Of a stretch of DNA of 64,000 nt, positions 50,723-59,652 are shown piece after piece. Source of the DNA: Flavobacteriaceae bacterium. Lineage in GTDB: Bacteria > Bacteroidota > Bacteroidia > Flavobacteriales > Flavobacteriaceae. The notes beneath the pieces are model-generated. The model was given only the letters and a program-made list of their open reading frames with translations. It made no database searches and was not told the origin of the DNA. The stretch's first letter is position 1. Each line of letters begins with the position of its first letter. Made by a program: the position numbers and the translations under genes. The stretch lies in the NCBI GenBank assembly GCA_013215105.1, contig JABSPL010000199.1:1-64000 (forward strand), read 5' to 3'.

Positions 50723-51379
50723 ATGAAAAATACAAATAAGAATATTAGATTTGGAGAGAACGTAAAAGGCTACGACATACCTGTATTAAACGAAAGAGAA
50801 GTGAGAGCTGCATCGGGCATACTATTTTTGTTTATGTTTATAGCTATAACGGTAGCTATATCGTCTCAGAACTTCGTAATGCTAAAATATATGGTACCTA
50901 TATTTATGATCGATATGGCAATACGAGTAATTATAAGCCCTAGGTTTTCGCCTACGCTAGTTATTGGAAGATTAATAGTTCGTAAACAAGTTCCTTTGTA
51001 CGTAGGTGCTCCTCAAAAGAAATTTGCTTGGATCATAGGACTTGTTCTTTCAGGAACTATGTTTGCTCTGATAACCGTAATGAATACCTTCAGCGTAATA
51101 ACGGGACTAGTATGTTTTATTTGTCTTATATTTTTGTTTTTCGAAACTGCCTTTGGAATATGTATAGGCTGTAAATTATATAGAATATTTAACAAGAAAA
51201 AAGCTCAATATTGTCCTGGTGAGGTTTGTGAAGTTTCCCAGAGGCAAGAGATACAAAAAACTTCTGTATCACAGGTTATGATGATATTTGGGCTTGTAGT
51301 TTATATACTTATTATGGTGTATTTATTTAATGATTTTTTTGCTGAAAGCCCTAGAGATTTGTGGGAGGTGATTGGGTAA
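50723..51379 (+). CDS. DUF4395-like membrane protein
   Basis: 4 TM helices; 'VKGYDIPVLNEREVRAASGILF' N-terminal pattern. Confidence 0.5.
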   Translation: MKNTNKNIRFGENVKGYDIPVLNEREVRAASGILFLFMFIAITVAISSQNFVMLKYMVPIFMIDMAIRVIISPRFSPTLVIGRLIVRKQVPLYVGAPQKKFAWIIGLVLSGTMFALITVMNTFSVITGLVCFICLIFLFFETAFGICIGCKLYRIFNKKKAQYCPGEVCEVSQRQEIQKTSVSQVMMIFGLVVYILIMVYLFNDFFAESPRDLWEVIG

Positions 51380-51452
51380 ATAATAATACTAAGCGATGCT
51401 GATGGCGACGGTTTGTATATAGACTTTATAAATCAATAAAGTATTGCTATAT

Positions 51453-52250
51453 TTAATTCATGTTTTGTATTTTCTTTGTGGCTTTATCGGGGTAATTAGT
51501 GATTAGTCCATCTAATTTTAGGTCTATCAGATTCTGCATCTTTTCTTCATCATCTATAGTATATTTCCATACTTCTATGCCATGGCTATGTGCTAAGTCT
51601 ATAAAATCTTTGGTTATTACAGTCTTAGACCCTACCCCTATGGCCTTAGAATTTATCATTTTGGCGTAGTCTATAGTGTTTTTGTCAGCGTAACCTTTTA
51701 GGTATAGTATAGGTGTATTTTCGTCTAGTTTCCTTATTTTTGATATTACAGGATAATAAAAGGAGAATATAATCACTTGCTCATTCATCCCTAGGTCGTT
51801 GATTATTTTTAAGACATCTTCTTCTATTCCATATACTTTTATTTCTATACAAACCTTTATTTTACCTTTGGCTAGGCTCAATGATTCTCTCAGGGTTGGT
51901 ATTTTTTCATCCTTATATTTATCTCCAAATTAGTCAGGGGATCCAACTTTTATATTGATTAATTCCTGATATGTCATATCTGCAACCTCTCCTTTTTTAT
52001 AAAAACTGGTTTTGTCTACCGATGAATCGTGAATTACTACTATAGAGTCATTTTTGGTTTTATGAACATCTAATTCGAAATAATCGGCTCCAGAATCTAT
52101 TGCTTTACTAAATGCCGTTAGGGTATTTTCTGGTGCTATACTAGAAAAGCCACGATGTGCTATTATTTTGGTTTGAGAGTTTATTGTCATTGAAATCAAT
52201 AATAATAATAATAATAATAAGATTAGTTTTAAGTTTTTAATTGTGTTCAT
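51453..52250 (-). pseudogene. glycerophosphodiester phosphodiesterase paralog, frameshifted (two ORFs 51930-52250 and 51453-51881)
   Basis: both halves 80-90% identical by eye to 23046-23834 protein; frame breaks near 51900-51930. Confidence 0.7.
52198..52220. repeat. (AAT)7 microsatellite encoding poly-Leu in the GDPD paralog signal peptide
   Basis: aataataataataataataa. Confidence 0.8.
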
Positions 52251-52885
52251 GAGTCGTTTGTTTATAGTCCTTATAATAAATTTCGGGTCTTTAAAAATGG
52301 CTTTTTTTTAGAAATAAAAGCCAGACTTTTATCTGTATATGCTTGTGGCAAAACTGCTGACTTTAGTATATATCGTGGTGTTAGATAAAATATATATACA
52401 GGAAAAACAAATACCTTGACGGTCAAAAAAGATATTGTAGTTATATTAGTAATTAAGTTAAAAGGTTCTGTATTGTATTTATTCACAGCTATCACTTTTT
52501 GATTATACAGCTACAAATATATTTTTTTTTAGATATCTAATATGTTATTAAGTAGCACATAGTTGATATTTAACCTAAACATAACAACTATATAAATATT
52601 ACTTATTGTATCTGTAAGTAATACCAACCTAAGTTTGCATATATCTATTTCTACAAGGGCATTTTGAAATACCAATGCAAATGCAGAGTCGTTTAACTAT
52701 AAAATAAAACTATTCAGAGTAAACTTAAGAGGGGTTTCTGATACTAAGTTTTTTATGTTTAGGCTACATAAACTTTTTACCTAATCTCCCAGAAATATAT
52801 GTGAGCCATTTAAATGTATAAAAAAAGCCAACCAGATTAATGATTGACGGATTTTTATATTTAGCCTCTGTTTTGCATAAATCAC

Positions 52886-53659
52886 TTACTCTATCAGCCA
52901 TTCATTTATAAACTCCGAAACTTTTTTAAGAATCAATTCTGGCACTTCTTTATGAGGTGTATGTCTTACATTAGGTATTATTAATTGTTCAGAATATCCT
53001 TTAGTTCCATTAATTATTCCTTCAACTTGTTTTAAAGTTCCAAATTCATCATCTTCTCCTTGTATTACAAGAGAAGGACATTTTATATCTTGTAGAAATC
53101 CCTCTATATTCCAATATTCGAATTCTTTAGTAGTCCAAGTAGAAGCCCAAGCCCAAAACATATCATCGGTTTTTTCGCCATGATATTTTTCTAATTTAGA
53201 TTTTAAATTGGTTTCTTTATAATGGCCTATAACCGTATTTATCGCTTTTAGAGTAATCTCTTCGACAAATATATGTGCTCCTTCTGTTATAATACCCTTT
53301 ATCTTTTTAGGATATTTTGCTGCTGTTATCAAGGCAATTGATCCACCATCGCTATGACCAAAAAGAATAATATCATCGATATTCAAATAATTTAATAAAT
53401 CGTTGAGTATATCGGCTTCTTGTTCCAGATATTGATTATCTCGTTCTGAATAAGAAAACGAACAAGATTTACCATAGCCTTGACGATCGTATACCAGTAT
53501 GTTGCAACGAGACATTTCGCCTAGTTTTTCAGGGAAATCTCTCCATAGATCTATACAGCCCAAAGAATCATGAAGAAAAACTATAGTAGGCCTGTTTGGG
53601 TATTTGTCAATTCTCTTTATAGCTGTTTTATCGAAGTTTAATTGGGTTTTTATATTCAT
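52886..53659 (-). CDS. alpha/beta-fold hydrolase
   Basis: GHSDGG nucleophile motif, 'HDSLG' oxyanion region. Confidence 0.8.
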   Translation of the reverse strand: MNIKTQLNFDKTAIKRIDKYPNRPTIVFLHDSLGCIDLWRDFPEKLGEMSRCNILVYDRQGYGKSCSFSYSERDNQYLEQEADILNDLLNYLNIDDIILFGHSDGGSIALITAAKYPKKIKGIITEGAHIFVEEITLKAINTVIGHYKETNLKSKLEKYHGEKTDDMFWAWASTWTTKEFEYWNIEGFLQDIKCPSLVIQGEDDEFGTLKQVEGIINGTKGYSEQLIIPNVRHTPHKEVPELILKKVSEFINEWLIE

Positions 53660-53662
53660 TAT

Positions 53663-54643
53663 TTATATGTTTTTTATTTTCAAATAGATACTCTCGGTAT
53701 AATCTGTATTTATATTGTTTTGCTTTCCGTATTTGATGATAGCTCCGGCAAATAATTCTAACTCGTTATTTGTTTTTTTTGAATTTATGTCAAGTTGTAA
53801 TGAAGTAGGTGTTTCTGGAGGAAATGTAGCCGCTTTTATGAATGTTTGCCTAATTATATCTTTATCTAAAATAATTCCTTTAGCAATTGCAATTGACTTT
53901 ATCTCATTCATTATATTGGTAGCTTCTTTTTTCTGAGACTCCATATTGCAAACCTCTCCTATAGATGAATTATGCAAAGCTGTAACCATTCCAAAACTAG
54001 CTATAAATATAAATTTAGTCCAAATTTCTATCATAGAATTTTCTTTAAATTCAAAATTAATATTGCTATGACTCATTAAATCTATAATCCAATTAATATC
54101 TTCAGAAATATGCTCAGGATCTTTGCCGAATATAAGTTTTCCCGATTTCCCTTTGTGTTCTACGACTCCTTTTTCTTTTATATGTGAAGCAACATAAACG
54201 CAAGATGGCAGTATAGTGTTATTAGGTATTATTTTCCTGATTCTATCGTAAATATCAGCTCCATTCATCATGGGTAATATTACGGTATCACTTGTAATTA
54301 CTTTATTTAGTTTGTTGCAGATATTTTCCAAATCGTATTCTTTGACACAAACAATAACTAGGTCAGGTTTGCTTATTTCGGATGTGTCTTTGTAAATAAC
54401 ATCAGGTTTCGTCAGACTTACATTATGTTCTGTAGAAAGTAAAGTTAGACCCGTTTTCTCTATAATATCGTATGTTTCACCTCTTACTACAAAAGACACA
54501 TTATGCTGTTTGTTTTTTTGGTTAGACTGGTTTATCTTAAATCCAAAATAACCACCAACACCTCCAAGACCTATTATTGTAATATTCTTTTTATCCATCA
54601 TTTTATTTTTTACAAATATGTGAAATCCAAAATAAATAAACAC
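53663..54643 (-). CDS. ketopantoate reductase (ApbA/PanE) family oxidoreductase
   Basis: N-terminal 'ITIIGLGGVGGYFG' Rossmann motif, C-terminal helical domain. Confidence 0.7.
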   Translation of the reverse strand: MFIYFGFHIFVKNKMMDKKNITIIGLGGVGGYFGFKINQSNQKNKQHNVSFVVRGETYDIIEKTGLTLLSTEHNVSLTKPDVIYKDTSEISKPDLVIVCVKEYDLENICNKLNKVITSDTVILPMMNGADIYDRIRKIIPNNTILPSCVYVASHIKEKGVVEHKGKSGKLIFGKDPEHISEDINWIIDLMSHSNINFEFKENSMIEIWTKFIFIASFGMVTALHNSSIGEVCNMESQKKEATNIMNEIKSIAIAKGIILDKDIIRQTFIKAATFPPETPTSLQLDINSKKTNNELELFAGAIIKYGKQNNINTDYTESIYLKIKNI

Positions 54644-54661
54644 TTGACAAATGACAAGAAA

Positions 54662-55264
54662 TTATATTTTACTCAGTTCTTTCCTTATCCTACTCAGTGT
54701 ACTATCGGTAATCCCCAGATAAGAAGCAATGATTTTCAGAGAGATATGTTGAAATATATTAGGCTGTTGCTTTAATAAATTCAAATATCTTGTCTCTGCT
54801 TTTTCGCTTTTTACTTCTATCATTCTGTCGTTTAACTTATAATAGTTTATAACAAACAACAATCTGCTAAACTCTCTGAATTCGGGGATATTATGGAAAT
54901 TTGCTTGTACATTATCTAAACTAGTTTCCCAAAACGAACAATCTGTTAATGTTTGATATATTTCTTTGCTTGGTTGTTTTTTGAAAAAAGATAAAAAATC
55001 ATTCACAAAACAAGGAGCCGAATATATATTTGTAGTCACCTCTTCATTGTCTTGGTTCAAAATATACGAACGCATATATCCTTTCTCCAGAAAATACGTT
55101 TTTGTACTTATAGTGTCTTTATTGAGTAGAATAGTGTTTTTACTTAACGAAAAATCACAAAATGTTCCTGTTATTTCTTCTACAATTTTTTCTGGTATAG
55201 GGAATAATGATTGGAAATAATTATTAAGTATCGTTTTGCTCATTAATTTTATTTTAAATAACAA
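54662..55264 (-). CDS. Crp/Fnr family transcriptional regulator
   Basis: cNMP-binding fold + C-terminal HTH 'IASYLGITDSTLSRIRK'. Confidence 0.8.
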   Translation of the reverse strand: MLFKIKLMSKTILNNYFQSLFPIPEKIVEEITGTFCDFSLSKNTILLNKDTISTKTYFLEKGYMRSYILNQDNEEVTTNIYSAPCFVNDFLSFFKKQPSKEIYQTLTDCSFWETSLDNVQANFHNIPEFREFSRLLFVINYYKLNDRMIEVKSEKAETRYLNLLKQQPNIFQHISLKIIASYLGITDSTLSRIRKELSKI

Positions 55265-55429
55265 AAATACATCGACGTATGAGACTTACCTAATTGTTAG
55301 GTTTATATTTAAACACCATAAAATATGGTGAAATAAAATTAGATTTAACAATATATATTTATAAAGACAGTACAAATAGTTGTATTTTTATTCTATTTTT
55401 GAAATATAAAACACCATCAAACAGCTTAA

Positions 55430-55969
55430 ATGATAAAAGTATCCGATGACATAAAGTTAGTAGAAATAAAATCAGAAAATCAGGAGGAATTATATGATTT
55501 GATGAGTAAAATATATACACCAATATATGAGTATCTGTGGAAAGATGGTGGAGCTAGATATATTGATAGTTTATACAATAACGAAAACCTAAAAGAAGAA
55601 CTTGCAGAACCTAATTCTAGATATTATTTTGTAAAGTACAAGAATAATATATCGGGTATATTGAGGGTTTTGCTAAGTTGTAAACTAGATGACTACGAAA
55701 ATGTAAATTGTTTTAAGCTACAAAGGATATACTTGGATTCATCTACACGAGGTTATGGAGTAGGGAAAAAACTCATAAACTGGGTGGCTGACACTCATAA
55801 AACTACTGGCAAAAACGTGTTATGGCTAGAAACCATGCGTGAAAAAGCTAAAGCGGTAGATTTTTATATGAAAATGGGCTTCGAAATACACTCTGAATTC
55901 GATTTGGATATAAAAGGAATAGACGAAGATTATAAACAAATGTATAGGTTGTATAAAGTATTGAAGTGA
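55430..55969 (+). CDS. GNAT family N-acetyltransferase
   Basis: 'RGYGVGKKL' acetyl-CoA binding motif. Confidence 0.7.
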   Translation: MIKVSDDIKLVEIKSENQEELYDLMSKIYTPIYEYLWKDGGARYIDSLYNNENLKEELAEPNSRYYFVKYKNNISGILRVLLSCKLDDYENVNCFKLQRIYLDSSTRGYGVGKKLINWVADTHKTTGKNVLWLETMREKAKAVDFYMKMGFEIHSEFDLDIKGIDEDYKQMYRLYKVLK

Positions 55970-56174
55970 TTATTATGCTAGAACTTGTTACGGTCATCTG
56001 GCAGGGAAGTTAGGGATCAATACCGTTTTAACATCCAAATGTCGCATGCAGATAGTTTCTTTTTCACTTTTACTGCGTTAAAAAAGGTTAAGCATAGTGA
56101 TACTATGCTTAACCTTTTCACCTTGTTAAAGCAAAAAATAATTCTATTTCTAATGCAATATTTAGATATTACAT

Positions 56175-56645
56175 TTACAACCTTTCTGCCTTACAACTAT
56201 AACATCCAGGGCCCGAGTTGTGAATATGTATATAGTTAACATAATCGTTATCAAAAGCAGTCCCTATTTCATGATTTAGCTTCTTACTATCTATAGTACT
56301 GGTATATATCATAATTCCTTCTTTATCGTAAGCTCGTATCGATAAGAATTTATTTAATAATACCTCAGGGATTTCGTTAACAGCCAAGCCAACTTTTTTT
56401 GCATCTTTTTTTACAAAAATAGGGCCACTAGACCTATATGGAGAGTCAGTTTTATGATGTTCGAAAGGAAATAAAAGTATCTCTTCTCCTATTTTTGCGT
56501 ATTTGAGACCTACCCTACAAGGAAAAGAGGTCTCCTTATCGGCTATTATTTTTATATATCCTTTGGTTAATAATTCGTCTTGGCTTAAGGTAAACAAATG
56601 ATTGTAATCGTTGTCAATTGCTGATATCTTAAAATTTGTATTCAT
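56175..56645 (-). CDS. hypothetical protein (DUF1203-like)
   Basis: 156 aa, conserved-looking 'FPCRVGL' core. Confidence 0.45.
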   Translation of the reverse strand: MNTNFKISAIDNDYNHLFTLSQDELLTKGYIKIIADKETSFPCRVGLKYAKIGEEILLFPFEHHKTDSPYRSSGPIFVKKDAKKVGLAVNEIPEVLLNKFLSIRAYDKEGIMIYTSTIDSKKLNHEIGTAFDNDYVNYIHIHNSGPGCYSCKAERL

Positions 56646-56728
56646 ACATTATATATTTATTGATGAATTACAAATATTAGATATAAACACAAAACCGACA
56701 ATCCGATTCTTGCTGCTTAACTTTAGTA

Positions 56729-57568
56729 TCAGCTCAATTTCACAGCTTCATAACCATTAATGGCTATTTTCCTTTCGCTATTCCATCGGTAGCCTCCTGT
56801 ATTTCCGTCGTTTTTTATAACTCTATGGCAGGGAATAAGGTAAGTAATAGGGTTTTTACCTATAGCGGTACCAACCGCTCTTACCGCTTTGGGCTTGTTT
56901 ATAATATTAGCAATATTCTGATAAGCCAAAAGATTAGATGAAGGAATTTGAAGTAAGGCTTTCCATACCTGAACCTGAAAAGGTGTTCCTGCTAGGTCAA
57001 GACTGATGGGTGTTTTAGGAATCTCCCAATTTTCAAAATATTGTTGTACTAGTTTTCCGTTTTTTAATAGCCCGTTTACAAAGATGGCGTTAGTATATTC
57101 AGCTTTTATGTTTTCTACACCCAAATAGTCAAACGAAAGGTTACATATCCCTCTGTCTGTTTCTGCTATAGTTATATTGCCAAAAGGAGTATCTATTTCA
57201 CTTACTGAAATTGTCATATTATCACCTCTTTTTTTGAATTCGCCAGGCGTACAAGATTCTATTTTTACAAACAAATCGTGTAATCTACTGTTTCCCGACA
57301 GACCAACATCATAAGAAGCTTCTAAAGTAGACTGTCCTTTTCTTAGAGATTCTTTTGCCTTTTCTAAAGTTATAAATTGCAAATAATCTTTAGGGCTGAT
57401 GCCTACCCATTTCTTAAAAACTTTTTGGAAGTGGAATTTACTCAAGTTTATGTGGTTTGCTATTTCTTCTAGCGAAGGTTGTTGCAAATGATGGTTCTTG
57501 ATAAAATGTATAGCTTTGGCTATTGCATCGAAATGATGTTTGTTTTCCATAGTGTAAAAATAAATCAA
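56729..57568 (-). CDS. AraC-type HTH fused to methylated-DNA-protein-cysteine methyltransferase (Ada/Ogt-like, no N-Ada zinc domain)
   Basis: N-terminal AraC HTH; C-terminal 'IPCHRVI' MGMT active site. Confidence 0.85.
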   Translation of the reverse strand: MIYFYTMENKHHFDAIAKAIHFIKNHHLQQPSLEEIANHINLSKFHFQKVFKKWVGISPKDYLQFITLEKAKESLRKGQSTLEASYDVGLSGNSRLHDLFVKIESCTPGEFKKRGDNMTISVSEIDTPFGNITIAETDRGICNLSFDYLGVENIKAEYTNAIFVNGLLKNGKLVQQYFENWEIPKTPISLDLAGTPFQVQVWKALLQIPSSNLLAYQNIANIINKPKAVRAVGTAIGKNPITYLIPCHRVIKNDGNTGGYRWNSERKIAINGYEAVKLS

Positions 57569-58343
57569 ATTATATAGTAAAACAATACGATTGTTGCTGT
57601 TTTGATTTATGGCTGTGATATGAATATTTAATAACAGAACCTATCAAAGTAGTATCTCTAAGAGACATACTACTTTGATAGGTTGTGACACTTGTAAAAC
57701 TAAACAAATCCACAATAATATCAAGTAAAAAACTATTTCTACATCCCTCTCCACTTCCACATACCGTCCATCAACTCATAATCATGCCTCTTCGCTCTGT
57801 TTATCAGATCGGTGTCATTGGCATCATCATCCATTGTCCAATAATAATACTTAAAATGTTCAATAGGGTGTTATTAGTATGATACCTCTAAACTACTATC
57901 AAGATGTCTATAAGTGTAGTATAGTTGCTGTTTTGTAGTTTTATATAAGTGAAATTTAAAATAAGCTATTTAACTTAAATGACTTATAGGTAGTGATTTA
58001 AATATTTTACTATAGCTTTTCTTGTATGTAAGTCCTTGATCTTTAGTTGTTTATTTTTTTTATCCAAATAAGTCTTGTGTCTTTGGGGTTTTAAAAGCTT
58101 GATTAACAGTTAAGTATGAGTATTGTCTGAATAAAGAAGGAATATGAAGCGTTTAAATTTAGTAGTTATATTATAAATGTTTTTTTTTACTGTGATAGAG
58201 AGAGCTATGGATGAAAAACTAAGTTAGAATTAATTAAATTGGATGAATCATTACAGTCTGATAAGTATAAGAGATAGATGATATAGAAGTAATTTAAAAA
58301 TAGATAAAACTTTGTTGTAAATGTAATATGCTTTTGTTTACGT

Positions 58344-59570
58344 GTGTTTATTAAAGAAATAAAGATAAACTCATTTTATAAAACCTGGCAGGTAGATGCA
58401 TATAGCTGTTTGTCAAATGACCTTAAAATTATGAAACGATTAAATGTAGTAGTACTAGTAGTGTCAATGTTGTTAATGTTTTCCTATTGTGATCAAAATG
58501 ATGATACCTCAAACTCAGAAGTTGCTGATGAAAAAATAAGATCAGAATTAATTAAATTAAATGACGCTCTCCAATCTGATGAATATAAGGAACAAAAAGA
58601 TGGTAATGAAAGAACAAATAACACAAAAAACGAAAATGCTAGACAAATGATAAAGAGTAAAGTGTTAAATAGATTGTCTAAAAGAAATACAGATTGTATA
58701 TTGATCTCAAGTTATACTGAAATTATAGAAGGAGGTATTTATAAGTTTACAAGGACAGAAACTGATGAAAATTGGGTTCCACTTAAAGACTGTGAGTCTA
58801 TTATTAATGATAAAGAAGAATATGATGAAAGGTTAGGTAAAGTATCTGTAACTAGAGGATACGATACTTGGGTAGGAGAATATATTGAAAAAGGAGGGGT
58901 GTCAAGAGAATCATATAAAGATAAAGGTTCTTATGAGCATAAATATGAAATAGAAGAATATGAAGATGAAATAGATTCGGCGTATGGTTATTGGGTGGAT
59001 GGTTATTTGGTGGATGGTTATTTGGAGGATGGTTATTTGGAGGATGGTTATTGGGTGGATGATTATTGGGTGGATGATTATTGGGTGGATAGTTATTGGG
59101 TAGATGATTATTGGGTGGATGGTTATTGGGTGGAGTATGATGTAAGTTCAACTGAATATGTCGATGAATATTCCCTTAATTATTCTTCTTATTATGATTA
59201 CAAAGGAGAGTCTAATATTTCTTTTAGAGATAGAAATATGGAATTAAAAATAATCTTTGAAGACACATATTATCATGAATATGTAGATGGAAAAGAAGAT
59301 GATACGTCTATATCTAATTTAACTTTCTCTTTTGATCTAGAAGATATTAAATATAGTTTCAGAATATCTGAAGAAGATTTTGCCGCAGTAGAATATGATG
59401 AATATGAAGAATATGAAGAATATGAAGAATATGATGAAGAAATGAATTCTTATATTATTGCTACGGTAAAACTATATAGATCGGAAGTGCATGTGGGTTA
59501 TGCTTCTTTATATAGTGATCTTGGTATTAAAATATTAGATATGGATAAAAATGAATTGGATTCAAATTAG
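58344..59570 (+). CDS. acidic repeat lipoprotein with (D/E)GYW(V/L) pentapeptide tandem repeats and EYEEY tail
   Basis: probable start Met 58431 with lipobox FSYCDQ; 10 x 15-bp in-frame tandem repeats. Confidence 0.6.
   Translation: MFIKEIKINSFYKTWQVDAYSCLSNDLKIMKRLNVVVLVVSMLLMFSYCDQNDDTSNSEVADEKIRSELIKLNDALQSDEYKEQKDGNERTNNTKNENARQMIKSKVLNRLSKRNTDCILISSYTEIIEGGIYKFTRTETDENWVPLKDCESIINDKEEYDERLGKVSVTRGYDTWVGEYIEKGGVSRESYKDKGSYEHKYEIEEYEDEIDSAYGYWVDGYLVDGYLEDGYLEDGYWVDDYWVDDYWVDSYWVDDYWVDGYWVEYDVSSTEYVDEYSLNYSSYYDYKGESNISFRDRNMELKIIFEDTYYHEYVDGKEDDTSISNLTFSFDLEDIKYSFRISEEDFAAVEYDEYEEYEEYEEYDEEMNSYIIATVKLYRSEVHVGYASLYSDLGIKILDMDKNELDSN
58984..59135 (+). repeat. 10 tandem copies of 15-bp unit gatggttattgggtg (in-frame, inside CDS)
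   Basis: direct reading; complementary-strand ORF 58852-59151 (PPNNH repeats) is an artefact. Confidence 0.9.
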
Positions 59571-59592
59571 AATAGTCTCATAAATATTAAAT

Positions 59593-59634
59593 AAAGAAGC
59601 AACTATGACTGGTCATAGTTGCTTCTTTATTTTA
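59593..59634. terminator. bidirectional terminator between convergent genes
   Basis: 17-bp stem aaagaagcaactatgac/gtcatagttgcttcttt + T-run. Confidence 0.75.
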
Positions 59635-59652
59635 GGTCTATAAAAATTATAC

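Noticed and set aside
58852-59151. Minus-strand ORF encoding PPNNH repeats
   Set aside because: It is an artefact of the 15-bp tandem repeat on the complementary strand of the real plus-strand lipoprotein gene.
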